A DNA stretch of 64,000 nucleotides from Prorocentrum cordatum (taxonomy: Eukaryota), in NCBI GenBank assembly GCA_963575745.1, contig CAUYUJ010000210.1:1-64000 (forward strand). The letters run 5' to 3'. Shown piece by piece: positions 50,583 through 63,740 of the stretch. Within the stretch, counting starts at the first letter, position 1, and the number at the start of each line of letters is the position of its first letter. A program made the position numbers and the translations under genes. Under the pieces are notes generated by a model, which saw nothing but the letters and a program-made list of their open reading frames with translations, was not told the DNA's origin and made no database searches.

Positions 50583-51104
50583 AGTGGTCGGGGCGGAGGG
50601 GGCACTGGGCGGGCGCTGGAGCCGCGGGAGGGCGCTGAGACGGAGGAGGCGCATGATGATGATGATGTGGATGATGATGATGATGGTGATTATGATGATG
50701 ATGATGGTGAGGATGATGGTGATGATGATGATGGTGATGATGATGAAGGGGGGGGGGTGCGGTGCCGAAATAAAGTGGTCGGAGCTCTAGACACCCTGTG
50801 CAAGAGAATAAATACACACAAATAAAAATACTCCCCATATTTTCCCATATTTTTGGGATTTTCGTCTTCCCCCCCACTTCCCATATTTTTCAATATTTTC
50901 CTAAAAATCGACGAATCATTGTGTCTGTGTGTTTTTTCCCCTCCTGAGTTTTGGCTGCAGCGTGCCGCGCCGAGGCGGGGCGGGCCAGAAGATCCGCGGC
51001 GCGACGCGCTGAGCCGACGTTCCGGGCCGCAGGCGGAGGCCTTCCAGGACGAGCAGCGGCATCGGTACCGTTTGCCCCCTCCGAGAACGGTCTCGGGGGC
51101 CCCT

Positions 51105-51277
51105 CTGACTACCTACCAGACCACCCCAACCCAACCCGAAAAGACCCGAATTTCGGGCTGGGGGGGGGGTAAGGGTTCCACAAGTGTTTCCTCGAGGTTT
51201 CCCGACCCCCCCCCCACTGGAAATCGAGGGTAAATCTGAGCCTTCGGGTTGGGCTGGGGTGGCTTGGTGGGTGGTGA
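51105..51277. mobile_element. MITE-like family G, copy 2
   Basis: Colinear with 46282-46458, same TIRs. Confidence 0.85.
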
Positions 51278-51579
51278 CCCTCTCCCTCAGGACCCCGTCC
51301 CCTTTTGTCCACGGCGATGCGGTAAATAGCGCGGCCCGGGCAGCAACAAAAAAGACGGAGGCGGCCGCGGCGCTGCCGGACGGCGGGGCGGCAGCGGGCG
51401 CGCTGCGGGCAGCGAGGGGGGGGCGCCCTCTCGTTCCCAGGAGGAGCAACAGCCTCCAGAGCGGAGGCCCGACCTCCATTCTGGGGCCGGTTGTTCCCCT
51501 CAGTGTGGAAGCGTTGATTCCCCAAACGGCGTTTGCACTCAGGGCCCCTACTTGGGTTTCGAAGCTGTTGGGTGGGCAT

Positions 51580-53150
51580 GCCGCGGATTCGCCTCGTTGC
51601 CGCCCGTTGCCGCCCGTTGTCGCCTGAGGGGTATGCTGAAGATTCGCCATGATGCCGCCCGTTGCCGCTCATTGCCAACCGCTGCCGCCCGTTGCCGCCG
51701 CCTCTTGGGGTGCGCCGAAGAGCTCCTGATGGCTCCTGGAAAGTTCCTGGGAGGGTTCTCGACGGTTCCTGGGGGGCCTTGGGGGGCTGAAGTGTTCTCC
51801 CGGGCGCTTCTGAAGCGCTCCCAGGCGGTCCCAGGCGGTCCCAGGCGCCCCCAGGCGCTCCCAAGCGCTCCCAGGCGCCACCAAGCGCCCCCAAGCGTTC
51901 CCAGGCGCTCCAGGGGCCTCCCACGCGCTCCAGCAGCGTTCCCAAGCGCTCCCAGGCGCTCACAGGCGCTCCCAGGTTGCCGCCCGCTGACGCCCGTTAC
52001 CGCCCGTTGCCGCCTGTGGGGGCACGTTGAGGACTCGCCACGTTGCCGCCCGTTGCCGCCTCCTTGCCGCGTAGTTGCCGCCTCTTGCGCTGCGTGGGTA
52101 TGCCGAAGATTCGCCACGTTGCCGCCCTCTGCCGCCCGTGGGGGTATGCCGAAGATGCCACGGGTTCGCCACATCGCCGCCTGTGGGATAAAGGGGCGTG
52201 CCGAAGATTCGACACGTTGCCGCCCATTGCCGCCCGCGCGGGTATGCCGAAGATTCGCCACGTTGCCGCCCGTTTACCGCATCTTGGGATATGCCAGGAA
52301 TGCGACACTGTGCCACCCGTTGACGCAAGGTTGACGCGTCGATACAGCCTCGCGCGCTGCTTGGATATGCCAAGGATTCGCCACATTGACGCCCGTTGCC
52401 GCCCGTTGCCGCCTGTGAGGGTACGCTGAGGACTCGCCACGTTGCCGCCCGTGGCCGTCTGTGGGGATGTGCCGAAGATTCGCCTCGTTGCCGCCCGTTG
52501 CCGCTCGTTGACGCCAGCGGGGGCACGCTGAGGATTCGCCACGCTGGCGCCTATGACCGCCCGTTGCCGCCCGTTGCCGCGACCCGTGTGTGGGTATGCC
52601 GAAGCTTGCCGCCAATGGATACGCCGAGGATTTGCTACGCTGCCGGCCGTTGCCCCCTCGTTGCCGCCCGTTGAATTGCCACCTCGTTGCCGCCAAGTGC
52701 GCTGCGTAGAGATGCCGAAGATTCGCTAAGTGACCGCCCGCTACCACCCGTTGCCGCCTCCTTGATGCCCGTTGCCACATGTGGGGTACGCCGAAGATTC
52801 GCCACGTTGCCGCCCGTGGCCGCTTATGGGGGTACGCCGAAGATTCGCCACGTTGCCGCCCGGCGCCGCCCGCTGCCTCCCGTTGTCGCTCGTTGCCTCA
52901 TTCGGGGGCTCGCTGAGGCTCGCCACGTTGCCGCCCGTTGCCGCCCGTGGCCGTTGCCGCGTCGTTGCCGCAACGTGCTGCGGGCACGCCGGAGATTCGC
53001 CACGTTGCCGCCGCGTTGCCGCCCGTCGCCGCCTGCGCGGGCACGCCGAAGACTCGCCACGCTGCCGACGCGTTGCCGCCGTCTGCCGCCTGCGGGGGGA
53101 ATGCTCAGGATTCGCCGCTTTGCCGCCCGTTGCCACCTCGATGCCGCTAC
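51580..53150. repeat. GTTGCCGCCC / GCCGAAGATTCGCCAC minisatellite with a nested CCCAGGCGCT 10-mer block (51820-51975)
   Basis: Many recurrences of AGATTCGCCACGTTGCCGCCC. Confidence 0.9.
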
Positions 53151-53782
53151 ACCACGTGGTTCACATTTCGAATGGCGCAGTAGCTCTCTGTTCGGGGTCC
53201 ACGCTGGTAAACACGCTCTCCGTCAGAGCGGGGCCTCGACTTCCGAAATTACGGTTATCAACCCTCCAAGCCGGCCTCGATCTCTCCTGAAACTTACTCC
53301 TACCAACCCTCCCCCTTTTTTTTTTTTTGTTTTTTTGTGGCGCCTCTCCTCCTCCTCCTCCTCCTCCTCCTCCTCCCCTCCTCTCCTCCTTCCTCTCCTC
53401 CTCCTCCTCTCCCTCCTCCTCCTCCTCCTCCTCCTTCCTCCTCCTCCTCCTCCTCCTCCTCTCCTCCTCCTCCTCCTCTTCTCTACCTCCCCTCCTCCTC
53501 CTCCTCTCCCCTCCTCCTCCTCCTCCTCCTCCTCCTCCTCCTCTCCTTCCTCTCCTCCTCCTCCTCCTCCTCCTCCTCCTCCGCCTCCTTCCTCCCCCCC
53601 CTCCTCATCTCCTCCTCCTCCTCCTCCTCCTCCTCCTCCTCCTCCTATTCCTCCTCCTCTCCTCGTCCTCCTCCTCCTCCTCTTCCTCCTCCTCCTCTCC
53701 TCCTCCCATCCTTATCCTCCTCCTCCTCCTCCTGCTCCTCCTCCTCCTCCGCCCCCCCCTCCTCTCCTCATCTCTTTTTTTT

Positions 53783-53837
<55 letters not shown>

Positions 53838-53879
53838 TATAATCAGCTGTCCAGTGACTGCTATGCTACTGCTACTGCG

Positions 53880-54435
53880 CATGCTACTGCACAAGCATGA
53901 AGAAAAGAAGCGCCTGCCTTACACATCACTTGATGATCAACCTGGTTTTCGCCACCGCCCCGTCCAACGCCCAGCGACGATCGGGCGCATCGTCCATCAC
54001 ATCAGCCCATGTCGTTCCCCATCTGCTGGGCCGACCTCCCTCAGAACGGGCGCAAGCCTCTCCACCGTCGACAGAATACCCAGCTCGCGGTTTCCGGGCC
54101 CGCTGCTGCCGCAACCAGCTGGGAGGCTGCGTCTGCAGCGCGATAGCTGCTGGCATCTCAGGATGCCGCAGCAAATGGCGCCGCCAGTCCATGCACCGTG
54201 CAATCCAAATGCTGCTCCATGGCGCCCCGCGCAAGCACCTGGCCAAGTTGGCCCGCCGCGTTCGCCACGAGCGGAGAAAGGCTCCCCGCCCCACCCTTGC
54301 ACGCGCTGGATAGCTGCTATGGAACGCATCTGAGCGGCATCGATAGCCACCAAACCATTCTTATGAATGTTCCACCTGGTGCAGTAATAGTTGATCGAAA
54401 TGCTTGATATATTGTTCCAAAGGGTACACCTTTCT
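53880..54435 (-). mobile_element. 3' fragment of a LINE ORF2 (5'-truncated non-LTR element)
   Basis: IDAAQMRSIAAIQRV..WRTRR..WSSIWIARCMDWRRHLLRHP..SWLRQQR..GRPSRWGTTW resembles the W..H..R / GRP.RW C-terminus of RTE-like ORF2. Flanked by GAG and (GA)n tracts. Confidence 0.65.
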
Positions 54436-55669
54436 GCAACCTCCTCCTCCTCCTCCTCCTCCTCCTCCTCCTCCTCCTCCTCTTCTTCTTAATCGTATGA
54501 TTCTCATTATTGGTAGTAATAGTATTATTATTATTCCTGTTATTCATCCTGATCATTCTTATTATTATTGTTATTATTCCTCCTCCTCCTCCTCCTCCTC
54601 CTCCTCCTCGTCCTCCTCCTCCTCCTCCTCCTCCTCCTCCTCCTCCTCCTCCTCCTCCTCCTCTTTGGCGCCAAAAGAGCCTGGGTGCATGAGGACGCCT
54701 GGGCGAACAGTCATGGAGTGACCTAAGGAGCAGCGAGCCCGTTCCGAACCCAGATCGGTGCTTATTCCAGCGACTTGACTGCAGTCCTGCGCTCATACTC
54801 TGGCGTCTCTCCTCCTCCTCCTCCTCCTCCTCCTCCTAATCCTCGTATTCTTATTATTCGCAGTATGCGTATTATCGTTATGACTCCTATTATTAGTACG
54901 GTTATTGTCATTAGTATTATGTGGATTCGTCTTCGTATTCTTCTTAGTATGAATCGTCTTCTCATTCATCTTAGTATGACTGGTATTATTATGTGTTGTG
55001 TTCTTATTTGTATGCTTAGTGCTCGTAGCATGAATCATCGTCTTACTTTGATTAATAGCAATATGAATTGTAGTACCATTATTCATGTGATTATAATCAT
55101 GATTCCTCCTCCTCCTCCTCGTCCTCCTCCTCCTCCTCCTCCTCCTCCTCCTCCTCCTCCTCCCCACCCTGCATTCCAACCGTCCCACGCCGTGGCCTCC
55201 CCACCGCTCCTTTTCCCTACTCTGGGCCTAAGGCCTGAGCTGCACCGAATCGCGTCCCCTATCGGACCCCTGTCGGACCCCTGCGGGCGACGAAGGGCCG
55301 ATCGGGGGGCGATGCGCCTCCCCCGCTGAGCCCATCTCCCCCCGATGCTGCCCACGACGACTCCTCCCCGGGCCACACACGCCTAGCCGAGAGGGCGCCC
55401 ACACCTCGCCGGGGTGGAAAAGCGGCGGGGGGGCGCGCGCCCAGGTCGCCAAGGGCAAGCTTCGTCCCGAGGCGGCGGAGGAGGGGGGAGCGGGGAGGGA
55501 GAGGGGGGCAAATTTGAAGAGGAGAGGGAGGAGGAGAGAGGGGAGGGGCGGGGGAGAGGATGGGGCAGATTTGACGAGAATGGGGGAGATCGGAAAGGGA
55601 GATCGGGGAGGACGGGGGAGGCTTGACGAGGAGGGACGAGGGAGAGATCGGAAGAGGAAGGGGGAGATT

Positions 55670-55809
55670 TGAAGAGGAGGAGGAGGAGGAGGAGGAGGAG
55701 GAGGAGGAGGAGGAGGAGGAGGGGAAGGAGGAGGAGGAGGAGGAAGAGGAGGGAGGAGGAGGAGAGATGGGAGGGAGTGAGAGAGGGGAGAGAGGGGAGA
55801 GGAGAGACC

Positions 55810-55896
<87 letters not shown>

Positions 55897-56230
55897 GAGA
55901 GAGAGAGAGAGAGAGAACGGGAGTGAGAGATAGAGAGAGAGAGAGAGTGGGAGAGAGAGAGAGAGAGTGGGAGAGAGAGAGAGAGAGAGATGGAGAGCGA
56001 AATGGGGGGAGAGAGAGAGAGAGAGAGCGAGAGAGGGAGGGAGAGAACGACAGAGAAGTCCTTGCGATACTACGTTTTCAATCATGATGTTCAATGTTGC
56101 ACTGTGACTTGCAACGCTATGCGCTACTGCACGAGTGGGGGAATGAGAGAGCACGAGTGGGATAATGAGAGAGAGCTGGAGAGCTAACTGGGAGAGAGAG
56201 AGAGAGCGAGAGAAAGAGAGAGAGAGAGCG
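55670..56230. repeat. (GAG)n, (GA)n and poly-A tracts
   Basis: Visible. Confidence 0.9.
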
Positions 56231-57200
56231 GACAAGAAGGCCTTCTGATACTACGCATACAGCTATTCCATAGTACGCCGTGCTATACCATGCAACGCAA
56301 TGCTGTGTTACATGGTATGTGTGTTGTGACGTGCTAGGCGGTGATACGCAACGCAAAGAGACGCTGTACTGCGCCTTACATTGCATTGCGCTGCTTATCA
56401 TTGCCTGTATGGCTTCCACTGGCGGTGTAATGACCTCCATGCGGCATCTGGACGTTGAAAACAACGAAAAGCAGACCCCACGTCAAATTGTTGCTCGAGG
56501 TGCCTGGCGATCCCGGCCACCCTGTAAAGTGGGAGCCCGTGACCTCTCACGGGGCGCGTTCTGGCCACGCCGTAGCCCGAGGGGGAGGGGCCCAGCAGGC
56601 CCCAAAATCCGCCAGTCGTGCCCAGCAACAATTTGAGTCCCCAATCTTCGACCGAGGCCTGCGAGAGCACTATGGGGTGAGGAGAATCGCCTCTTCAAGC
56701 GCAGCTGGCTCGAGCTCTCTTGGAGGCCACCGAGCTGCGACGCTAGGGTGAGGCCAGCGTCCCAGCGGCCAGCCGCGATGCAGTGGCCCCATCCTCCTCC
56801 ACCATGCGGAGGAGAAAGAGCGGGAGGGAAGGGAGAGAGGGAGGGGGGGAGGAAGGGGAGTAAGGGGGGAGGGGGAAGGCGAAAAGGAGAGGCGCAGGAG
56901 GGGAGGAGGGAGACATGGGGGGGGGAGAGGGAAAGGGGGAGGGGGAGGCGGGAGAGGTGGGTGAGGAGGAGGAGGAGGAGGAGGAGGAGGAGGACGCTGT
57001 GGAGGATGAGAAGGAGGGGGAGGAGGAGCAGGGGTCGGGGGAGGAGGGGGGGAGCCGGAGAAAAACGTTTGGGGGAGGAAGATCTGAGGGAGGAGCAGGA
57101 TCGGGAGGGCGAGGCGGCCCCCAGAGGCCCCCCAAAAATCTGCCAAAGATCAAGGACCACCGGGAAGTGGGGAGGGCAGCGCCACGGGGGCTCGTTGGTG

Positions 57201-57389
57201 GGACTGGGTTTAGGGGAACCTGGTTTAGTGATGTGTACCGAGGCGAGGGACGCCCCCCCCTGCCCCGTTCAACTAGCTGGAACTGCCGCCACAAGAGAAG
57301 CCAGCTGCGGCAGCCCTGGTTTAGTGATTCCCTTCCATATGTTGGGCCTCGGGGCCCAAGCACTAACCGGCTCCCCTTAACCAGGGTCC
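57201..57389. mobile_element. MITE-like element H
   Basis: GGACTGGGTTTAGGGGAACCTGGTTTAGTG pairs imperfectly with CACTAACCGGCTCCCCTTAACCAGGGTCC; internal CCTGGTTTAGTGAT repeat. Confidence 0.55.
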
Positions 57390-59569
57390 TGGCCATTCCC
57401 GAGCCAGCGGGTGGGACGAGGAGGAGGCCACTGGTCCGCAAGCCTGGCCGCTCTTGGTCGAGAATGGCCGACTACATCGGGCATCTGTCCCCTCTCGCCC
57501 GCCCTCCCTCCACCCCTCCTCCTCCTCCTCCGCCTCCTCCTCCTCCGCATCCTCCTCCTCCGCCTCCGCCTCCGCCTCCGCCTCCGCCTCCTCCTCCTCC
57601 TCCTCCTCCTCCTCCTCCCCCTCCCTCCTCCCTCCTCCTCCTCCTCCTCCACCTCCTCCTCCTCCTCCTCCTCCTCCTCCTCCTCCTCCTCCTCCTCCTC
57701 CTCCTCCGCCTCCGCCTCCGCCTCCGCCTCCGCCTCCACCTGCTACCCTGACGACAAAAAACACTCCCTGCCGCACCACCAGTTGTGTCGGCAGGGCGGA
57801 CCGGGTATTTCGCTGGAGTCCCTTCACCACTTATGGTCCTGAGGCCAGGAAGCTGTAAAGGGTTTTAGGTATGGAGGGGGTGGACTTCAAAATGTGGTTC
57901 TCGCCGTGGCGCCGCGCGCATTCACCTTTTGAACTTTGCATCAATTTCACGGAGGGGTCGTCTGCAAAACGAGATGTTCGCCCGACCGCCGCGCACAGTC
58001 GTGCTGAGATGTGCAACCGCCTCAAAGGTGGAAGGCGGTAACTTTCCAAGGCGGGGTTGAAGCGTGAGACGCCTTCACACTTCAAGGCCGGGAACTTGAA
58101 CAGATGCAGCAGCTGCAACTGTGGAGGGCAGTTTCCCCAAAGTTGAGGCTGTACTTGAAATCGCTGCAAGTCATAAAAAAAACAAAACAAAAAAAACTTG
58201 AACAGATGCAACAGGTGCACCGATGGAGGGTGGGTGCGGTTCTTCGGCGCCCAGGGCCATAAGCGAAAACATGTCCAATCCGCCACCGTTCCTCTGAGCA
58301 CGGAGGGAGCGTGTACTCAGGTCCTTTGCCCAATCCCTGGAGCCTCAGTCCTCAGTCCTGGGGAGTCATTGAGAAGCCCGGACCCAAAACATCCGAAATC
58401 TACCAGGGATCCCGGCGTGCCCTCTGAGCTCCGTCGCGGCTTGCCGCATGACTTTCTGGGACCCAAGAGGGCCCCAAGACGGGCCAGGAGGGCCCCAAGA
58501 GGCCCCCAAGACGGTCCAAGAGGACCAAGTCGCCCTAAGATCGGCTCAAGACGCACAAGATGGCCTCCAGACGGCCCAAGAGGCTTCCAAGACGCCCCAA
58601 GAGGCCTCGAAGCTGCCTCCCAAGAAGGCCCCAAATTGCCAAAATCCGAGAGGTTCCGTTGGATTTTGAAAGTTGTTGGCCTTCTCGTCTTTTCTGCTTT
58701 CCGACGCTTCAAGACGGCCCAAGAGGCCCCAAGACCACCCCAAAACGGCCAAAGAGGCCTCCAAGAGGGCCCCAAGAAGGCCCAGAAGCGCCCGAAGACG
58801 ACCGAAGAGGCGCCCAGGACAGCCTCAAGAGGGCCCCAAGACGCCCCCAAAAGGGGCCGAAAGAGGGAACACGAACCGAAAATCCTAGCCTTCTGCCCCA
58901 AGAGGTGGCCCCAAGATGCCCCCACGAGGCCGCAAAGAGGCCCGACGGCATTCACATAATTCCACAGATCAGGGCGGTCCTTTTTCAAAGCGGGGACATC
59001 GTTGGAGGCCACTCTGAACTATATGATCACACATCCTGCCATCGCTCGGACGTCCATTGCCCGTGCAGTTGTCGATTGCGTGCGTGTTTGTTTTCTGTTC
59101 ACGTCGCAAGATGACCCAGGATGCTCCTCGGTGGTCCCCACTGGGGAAAAAACATAGGTCCGAGCGAAGAAATCCGCGCGTTCCAGATCACTCGCTGGGA
59201 GGATGCAAAGCAGGTTGCTCCTTTTCCAAAGCGGGGCGCTCACCTGACCGGCAGACCCACAGGGTGCCGGTCGTTCCGAGTGGCGCCTGCGGAAGTGGAA
59301 AGGAACGCTTGGGGGGGGGGACTTAGGACGAGGGGCCTCGGTGCGGGACGGACTGGTTGGCGCAGTGTGGATATACTTCTGGTCCTCCTCCTCCTACTCC
59401 TCCTCCTCATCCTCCTACTCCTCCTCCTCCTCCTCCTCCTCATACTCCTACTCCTGCTCCTCCTGGTCCTCCTCCTCTTCCTCCTCCATCCCTGCTCCTC
59501 ATGAGTAGCTCCCCTGCCGCACCCCGAGACGTGTCAATAGGGCGTGCCAGGCGCTCCGCCTGCGACGTC

Positions 59570-61646
59570 CTCACCATGTATGGTCCTGGAGCGAAGCGTT
59601 TCAAACAATGTCACGGATGGGGGCGGGCCGTTTCAAAAAGGAAGCCCTCGCCTCAACGCTGCAGACATTCGTTGGAGAGGTGTGCACAGGCTTCACGGAG
59701 GGAGGGAGGGCGGGTTTCAAAATATGGCTCTCGCGTCAGCACCGCGCACCTTCGTCTTCGAGAACTAGGAAAGCTTCACGGATGGAGAGCAGGTCGTTTT
59801 CAAGATGTGGCTCGCGCCATAGCGCCGGGCACATTCGCCTGAAAAGTGTGCAAGAGCATCACCGATGGAAAAAGGCTCCGTTTCAAAATGCGACTCTCTC
59901 CTTAGCGCCGCAGACACTCGCCTCAAAATATTGCAAGAGCATCACAGATGGAAGGCGGCTCATTTTCAAAATGTGGCTCTCGTTTATGCGCCGCGAACAT
60001 TCGTCTTAGTTCGCAAGAGCTTCAAGGATCGAGGGCGGGTGGTTGTCAAAATGTGGTTCTCGCCAAGCGCCTCGGACAATTGGCTCAAACGTTTTTAAAA
60101 AAGCACCACAGATGGAAGGCAATTCTTGTTGAAACTGTGGCTCTCGGTTGCGCGCCGCGAAAATTCGCCTGAAAAAATTCCACAAGCTTCAAAGATGGAG
60201 GGCGGGTGGTTGCCAACATGTGGTTTCCGTCAAAGCGCCGCGAAGATTCGTCTTCAAGGTTCGCAAAAGCCTCACAAATGGAGGGCGGCTCATTCTAAAA
60301 ATGTGATTATCGTCCTAGCGCCGCGCACAATCGCTTATCAAGTTTGCAAGAACTTCAAGGATGAGGCGCGGGTTGTTGTCAAAATGTGGCTCTCGCCAAA
60401 CCGCCGCGAACATTCGTCTTAAAGCTTGCAAGAGCATCACAGATGAAGGGCGGCTTCGTTTCAAAATGTGGCGATCGCCTTAGCACCGCGCACAATCGCC
60501 TTAAAAGTTTGCAAGAGCTTCTCGGAATGCAGGTCGGGTGGTTTTCAAAACGTAGCTCTCGCCCACACACCGCGAACATGCGTCTTAAAGTTCCCAAGAG
60601 TGTCAATGATGGAGGGTGGATCGTCTTCAACATGCGACTAACGCATCAGCACCGCGCGCATCCGTCGCAAAGGCTGACAACTGTTCAACGGATTGTTGGG
60701 CGTCCCAAGAAAGGCGTTCTGGCTCGAATTAACACTGTCAGGACGCAACCGTGAAATTGATTCGCTGCGTTGACGTCGTCGTCGTCGTCGTTGCCAGCCT
60801 CAAGAAAATTGACGAAAAAGGAAGAGGGCCCCTTCCATTTATCCAGTCCCTGCCAAGGGGGGGATGGAAGGGGGGGGTAGTCCCAGGCTGGAATACCGAC
60901 CGCCACCCCGGAGTCCTGGCGGGTATGGGAGGGGTCACCAGCGGGGGTCCCAACGGAGGTCCGTCCCGCCTTCAGTGTCGGCGACACCGGCCGCAAGGCC
61001 TTTGCATTAGGACTGCCATGGCGCAACAGTCACTGTGATTCGCGGCGTTGAGCTCCGAAGAATGCTGTTCTGAGACGATGCATGATCGTCAGGGAGACTT
61101 CGCGGATTGAAGACATGTAGGTTTCAAAATGTGGCTCTCGCCTTAGTACTGCTCAATTTAGTTGTAAGAATTTGCAAGAGCTTCACAGGTTGAGGGCGGG
61201 TGATTTCAACATGTGGCTCTCGCCTTAGCACCGCAGCCGTTGTAAAAGTATCGAGAGCTTCATGGATTGAGGGCGATTGCTTTTCAAAATGTGGCTCTCG
61301 CCTCAGCGCCGCGCACTTCGTTTTAACCAGTTGCAGAAGTTTTACTGGTTCTCATGGCTACTGTACCAGAAACGGTTTTGATATATTTCAGGATTGCCAG
61401 GGCATTCGCAGTGTTTAAATCACAAGATTGGTTTTCTGGCAAGATGCAAAAGTCAGGTTGACCCGTGGCGTTCAAATCCTGAGAATGGCGTTTTGGCACG
61501 CTTCACGATATTCACTCGGTTGCCCCCCAACTTGGCACTGCCCCCAGTGGAAAAGAACCCCTTGCATGGGGCCTATGAAGAGGAAGCTTGGATGGAGGGT
61601 GTATTCCAACATCGTTGATGAGTCTTGAGTTTGCACTGGTCCTCCT
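59570..61646 (+). repeat. Composite repeat: ~82-bp satellite (CAAAATGTGGCTCTCGCC..CATTCGTCTT) ending in a conserved terminal block
   Basis: Core recurs every ~82 bp from 59719 to 60628 and again at 61125-61330; a decayed relative lies at 57820-58300. Confidence 0.85.
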
Positions 61647-62586
61647 GCCCCTCCTCCTCCTCCTCCTCCTCCTCCTCTTCCTCCTCCTTATCCTGGTCCC
61701 TTGCTCCACTGTCCCCCCCAACACCTCGCTGGCGATATCAGGCCACGCTCACGAAAAGATTCCCTCCTACCTTCCGGATCAATCCCGGGACAGCACGGCC
61801 GCCATGCCCGACGACGACCACTGGTTGCACTTCTTGATGTCGTGCGCCGCCTTCTCGAGGAGGGGTAGCAGGAACAGAAGAAGGAAGGGGACAAGCCGAA
61901 GAGGAGGAGGTAGAGGAGGAGAGAGGAGGAGGAGGAGGAGGAGGAGGAGGAGGAGGAGGAGGAGGAGAAGGGAGAGGAGGAAGAGGATGAGGAGGATGAG
62001 GAGGAGGAGGACGAGGAGGAGGAGGGGAGAGGAGGACGAGGAGGAGTGGGAGGACGAGGAGGAGGAGATGGAAGGCAGAGGACGAGGAGGGGAGGAGGAG
62101 CAGGAGAAAGAGGAGGAGAAATACGAGGAGAAGGAGGAGGAGGAGGAGGGGGAGGAGGAGGCCGACGAGAAGCAGAGGGAGGAGGGGGAGGGAGAGGGGC
62201 AGGGAGGAGAGGGGGAGGGAGAGGGAGAAGCGAGGGAAGGGAGGAGAGGAACAGGAGCAGGGGAGGGAAAGGAAAGAGGAAGATAGACTGAGTAGTTGTT
62301 AATCCATGTTTGGCCCTTTTCGGGCCTTCGGCAGCCCCTGGAAGCCTCGGCGGGCACAACCTGAGGCCTGCTGGTTCCTCTGGAGACCTCTCTGCGGGGA
62401 ACCCCGGCGGGCCCCGCCGAAGGAGCAGGAGGCCATGTGTGGAGACGGAGGGTGGGAATGGGAGAGGGGGAGGGAAAGTACGGAGGAGGATAACGGAGAC
62501 GAATGAGGAGGAGGAGGAGGAGGAGGAGGAAGAGGACGAGGCGGCGGAGGCGGAGGCGGCGGGCGGAGGAGAAGGGGAGGAGGACG

Positions 62587-63300
62587 AGGAGGACCAGCGT
62601 AAACTCAAGACTCATCAACGATGTTGGAATATACCTTTCTCAAAGCTTCCTCTCCATAGGCCCACAGAAGGATTCATTACAATAAGGAAGTGCCCCAGTG
62701 GCAGACAATCATTTGAAGATCCTGAAGCGTGCCAAACGCAACGAATCAACCTTACTGTTTCGCCTTGGCGATGCTGGATCGCGCCAGAACACAATTCCTG
62801 GGATTTCAGCACTACCAATTAACATAACTCTGCGCCCTGACAATCCAGAGTCGCTCGAAGGCGCCGTTTCTGGTACATTAACGAAACCAACAAAACGAAC
62901 AACGAATTTGCGCGGCGCTAAGGCGAGAGCCACATTTTGAAAATCACGTGTCACCAGTCCGCGAAACTCTCGCGAGGTTTACAATGAATGTGCGCGGCGC
63001 TGAAGCGAGAACACATTGTGAGAACCACCGAACCTCATTCCGCGAGACTATTGCAAATTCCGAAGACGGAACAAACCACGGAAAAAATAGAAAAATAGGG
63101 AGATGCCCAAACAACAACAAAAACGAATGTACGAGCCACGGAAGCGAGAATGACGTGTTGAAAATCACATGTCCTCAACCCGTGAAACTTTTGGAATTGT
63201 CAAACGAATGTGCGCCGCGCGAGAGCCACATGTTGAACACAACGTGCCATCAATACGTCAAACTCGTGCAATTCTCCCACATCCTAAGTGTGGTTCATGT
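62587..63300 (-). repeat. Inverted copy of the same composite repeat
   Basis: 62587-62631 is the reverse complement of 61602-61646 (3 mismatches in 45 bp); inverted satellite units GAGAGCCACATTTTG from ~62880. Confidence 0.85.
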
Positions 63301-63324
63301 TGTCTCTGGACACCACGCGCAGTC

Positions 63325-63462
63325 CTCCTCCTCCTCCTCCTCCTCCTCCTCCTCCTCCTCCTCCTCCTCCTCACCCCCCCTCCTCCTCGCAAACTCACAC
63401 ACCACCATCATCGTCATCATCAGCATCACCATCACCATCATCGCCAGCATCCTCATCACAAT

Positions 63463-63536
<74 letters not shown>

Positions 63537-63740
63537 CCCGCATCATCAACATATGTCGTCCCACTACGTCGCCATTCATCATCACCCACTCACTCTCTCA
63601 CCCATTCACGTTCTCCCATCACTAACGCATCACCATATCATGGTCCCATCAAGACCACTAAGCATAACCATCCTCGTCGTCATCATCACCCGCGCGCCCC
63701 ACCATCGCCATCACGATCACCATTCCATCACTAGCATCGA
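63325..63740. repeat. (CCT)n and (CAT)n tracts
   Basis: Visible. Confidence 0.9.

Noticed and set aside
49280..51470. Plus-strand candidate exons (SIVVIVISWIMTIWRRPAWAMAKIGVDK; AEAFQDEQRH; RSNSLQSG)
   Set aside because: Splice signals are incomplete or ambiguous, the opposite strand is equally readable, and the segments span an assembly gap; not supportable without transcripts.
52687..54333. Long ORFs such as 548 aa here, 524 aa at 23069-24643, 504 aa at 9344-10858, and the poly-P/L/S/E/H or MHAC ORFs
   Set aside because: They are stop-poor translations of GC-rich satellites and microsatellites, open in several frames at once.
59570..60680. CRISPR-like array (also the 23-kb, 43-kb and 48-kb arrays)
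   Set aside because: Whole units are homologous, with no unique spacers and no cas genes, in a eukaryotic context.
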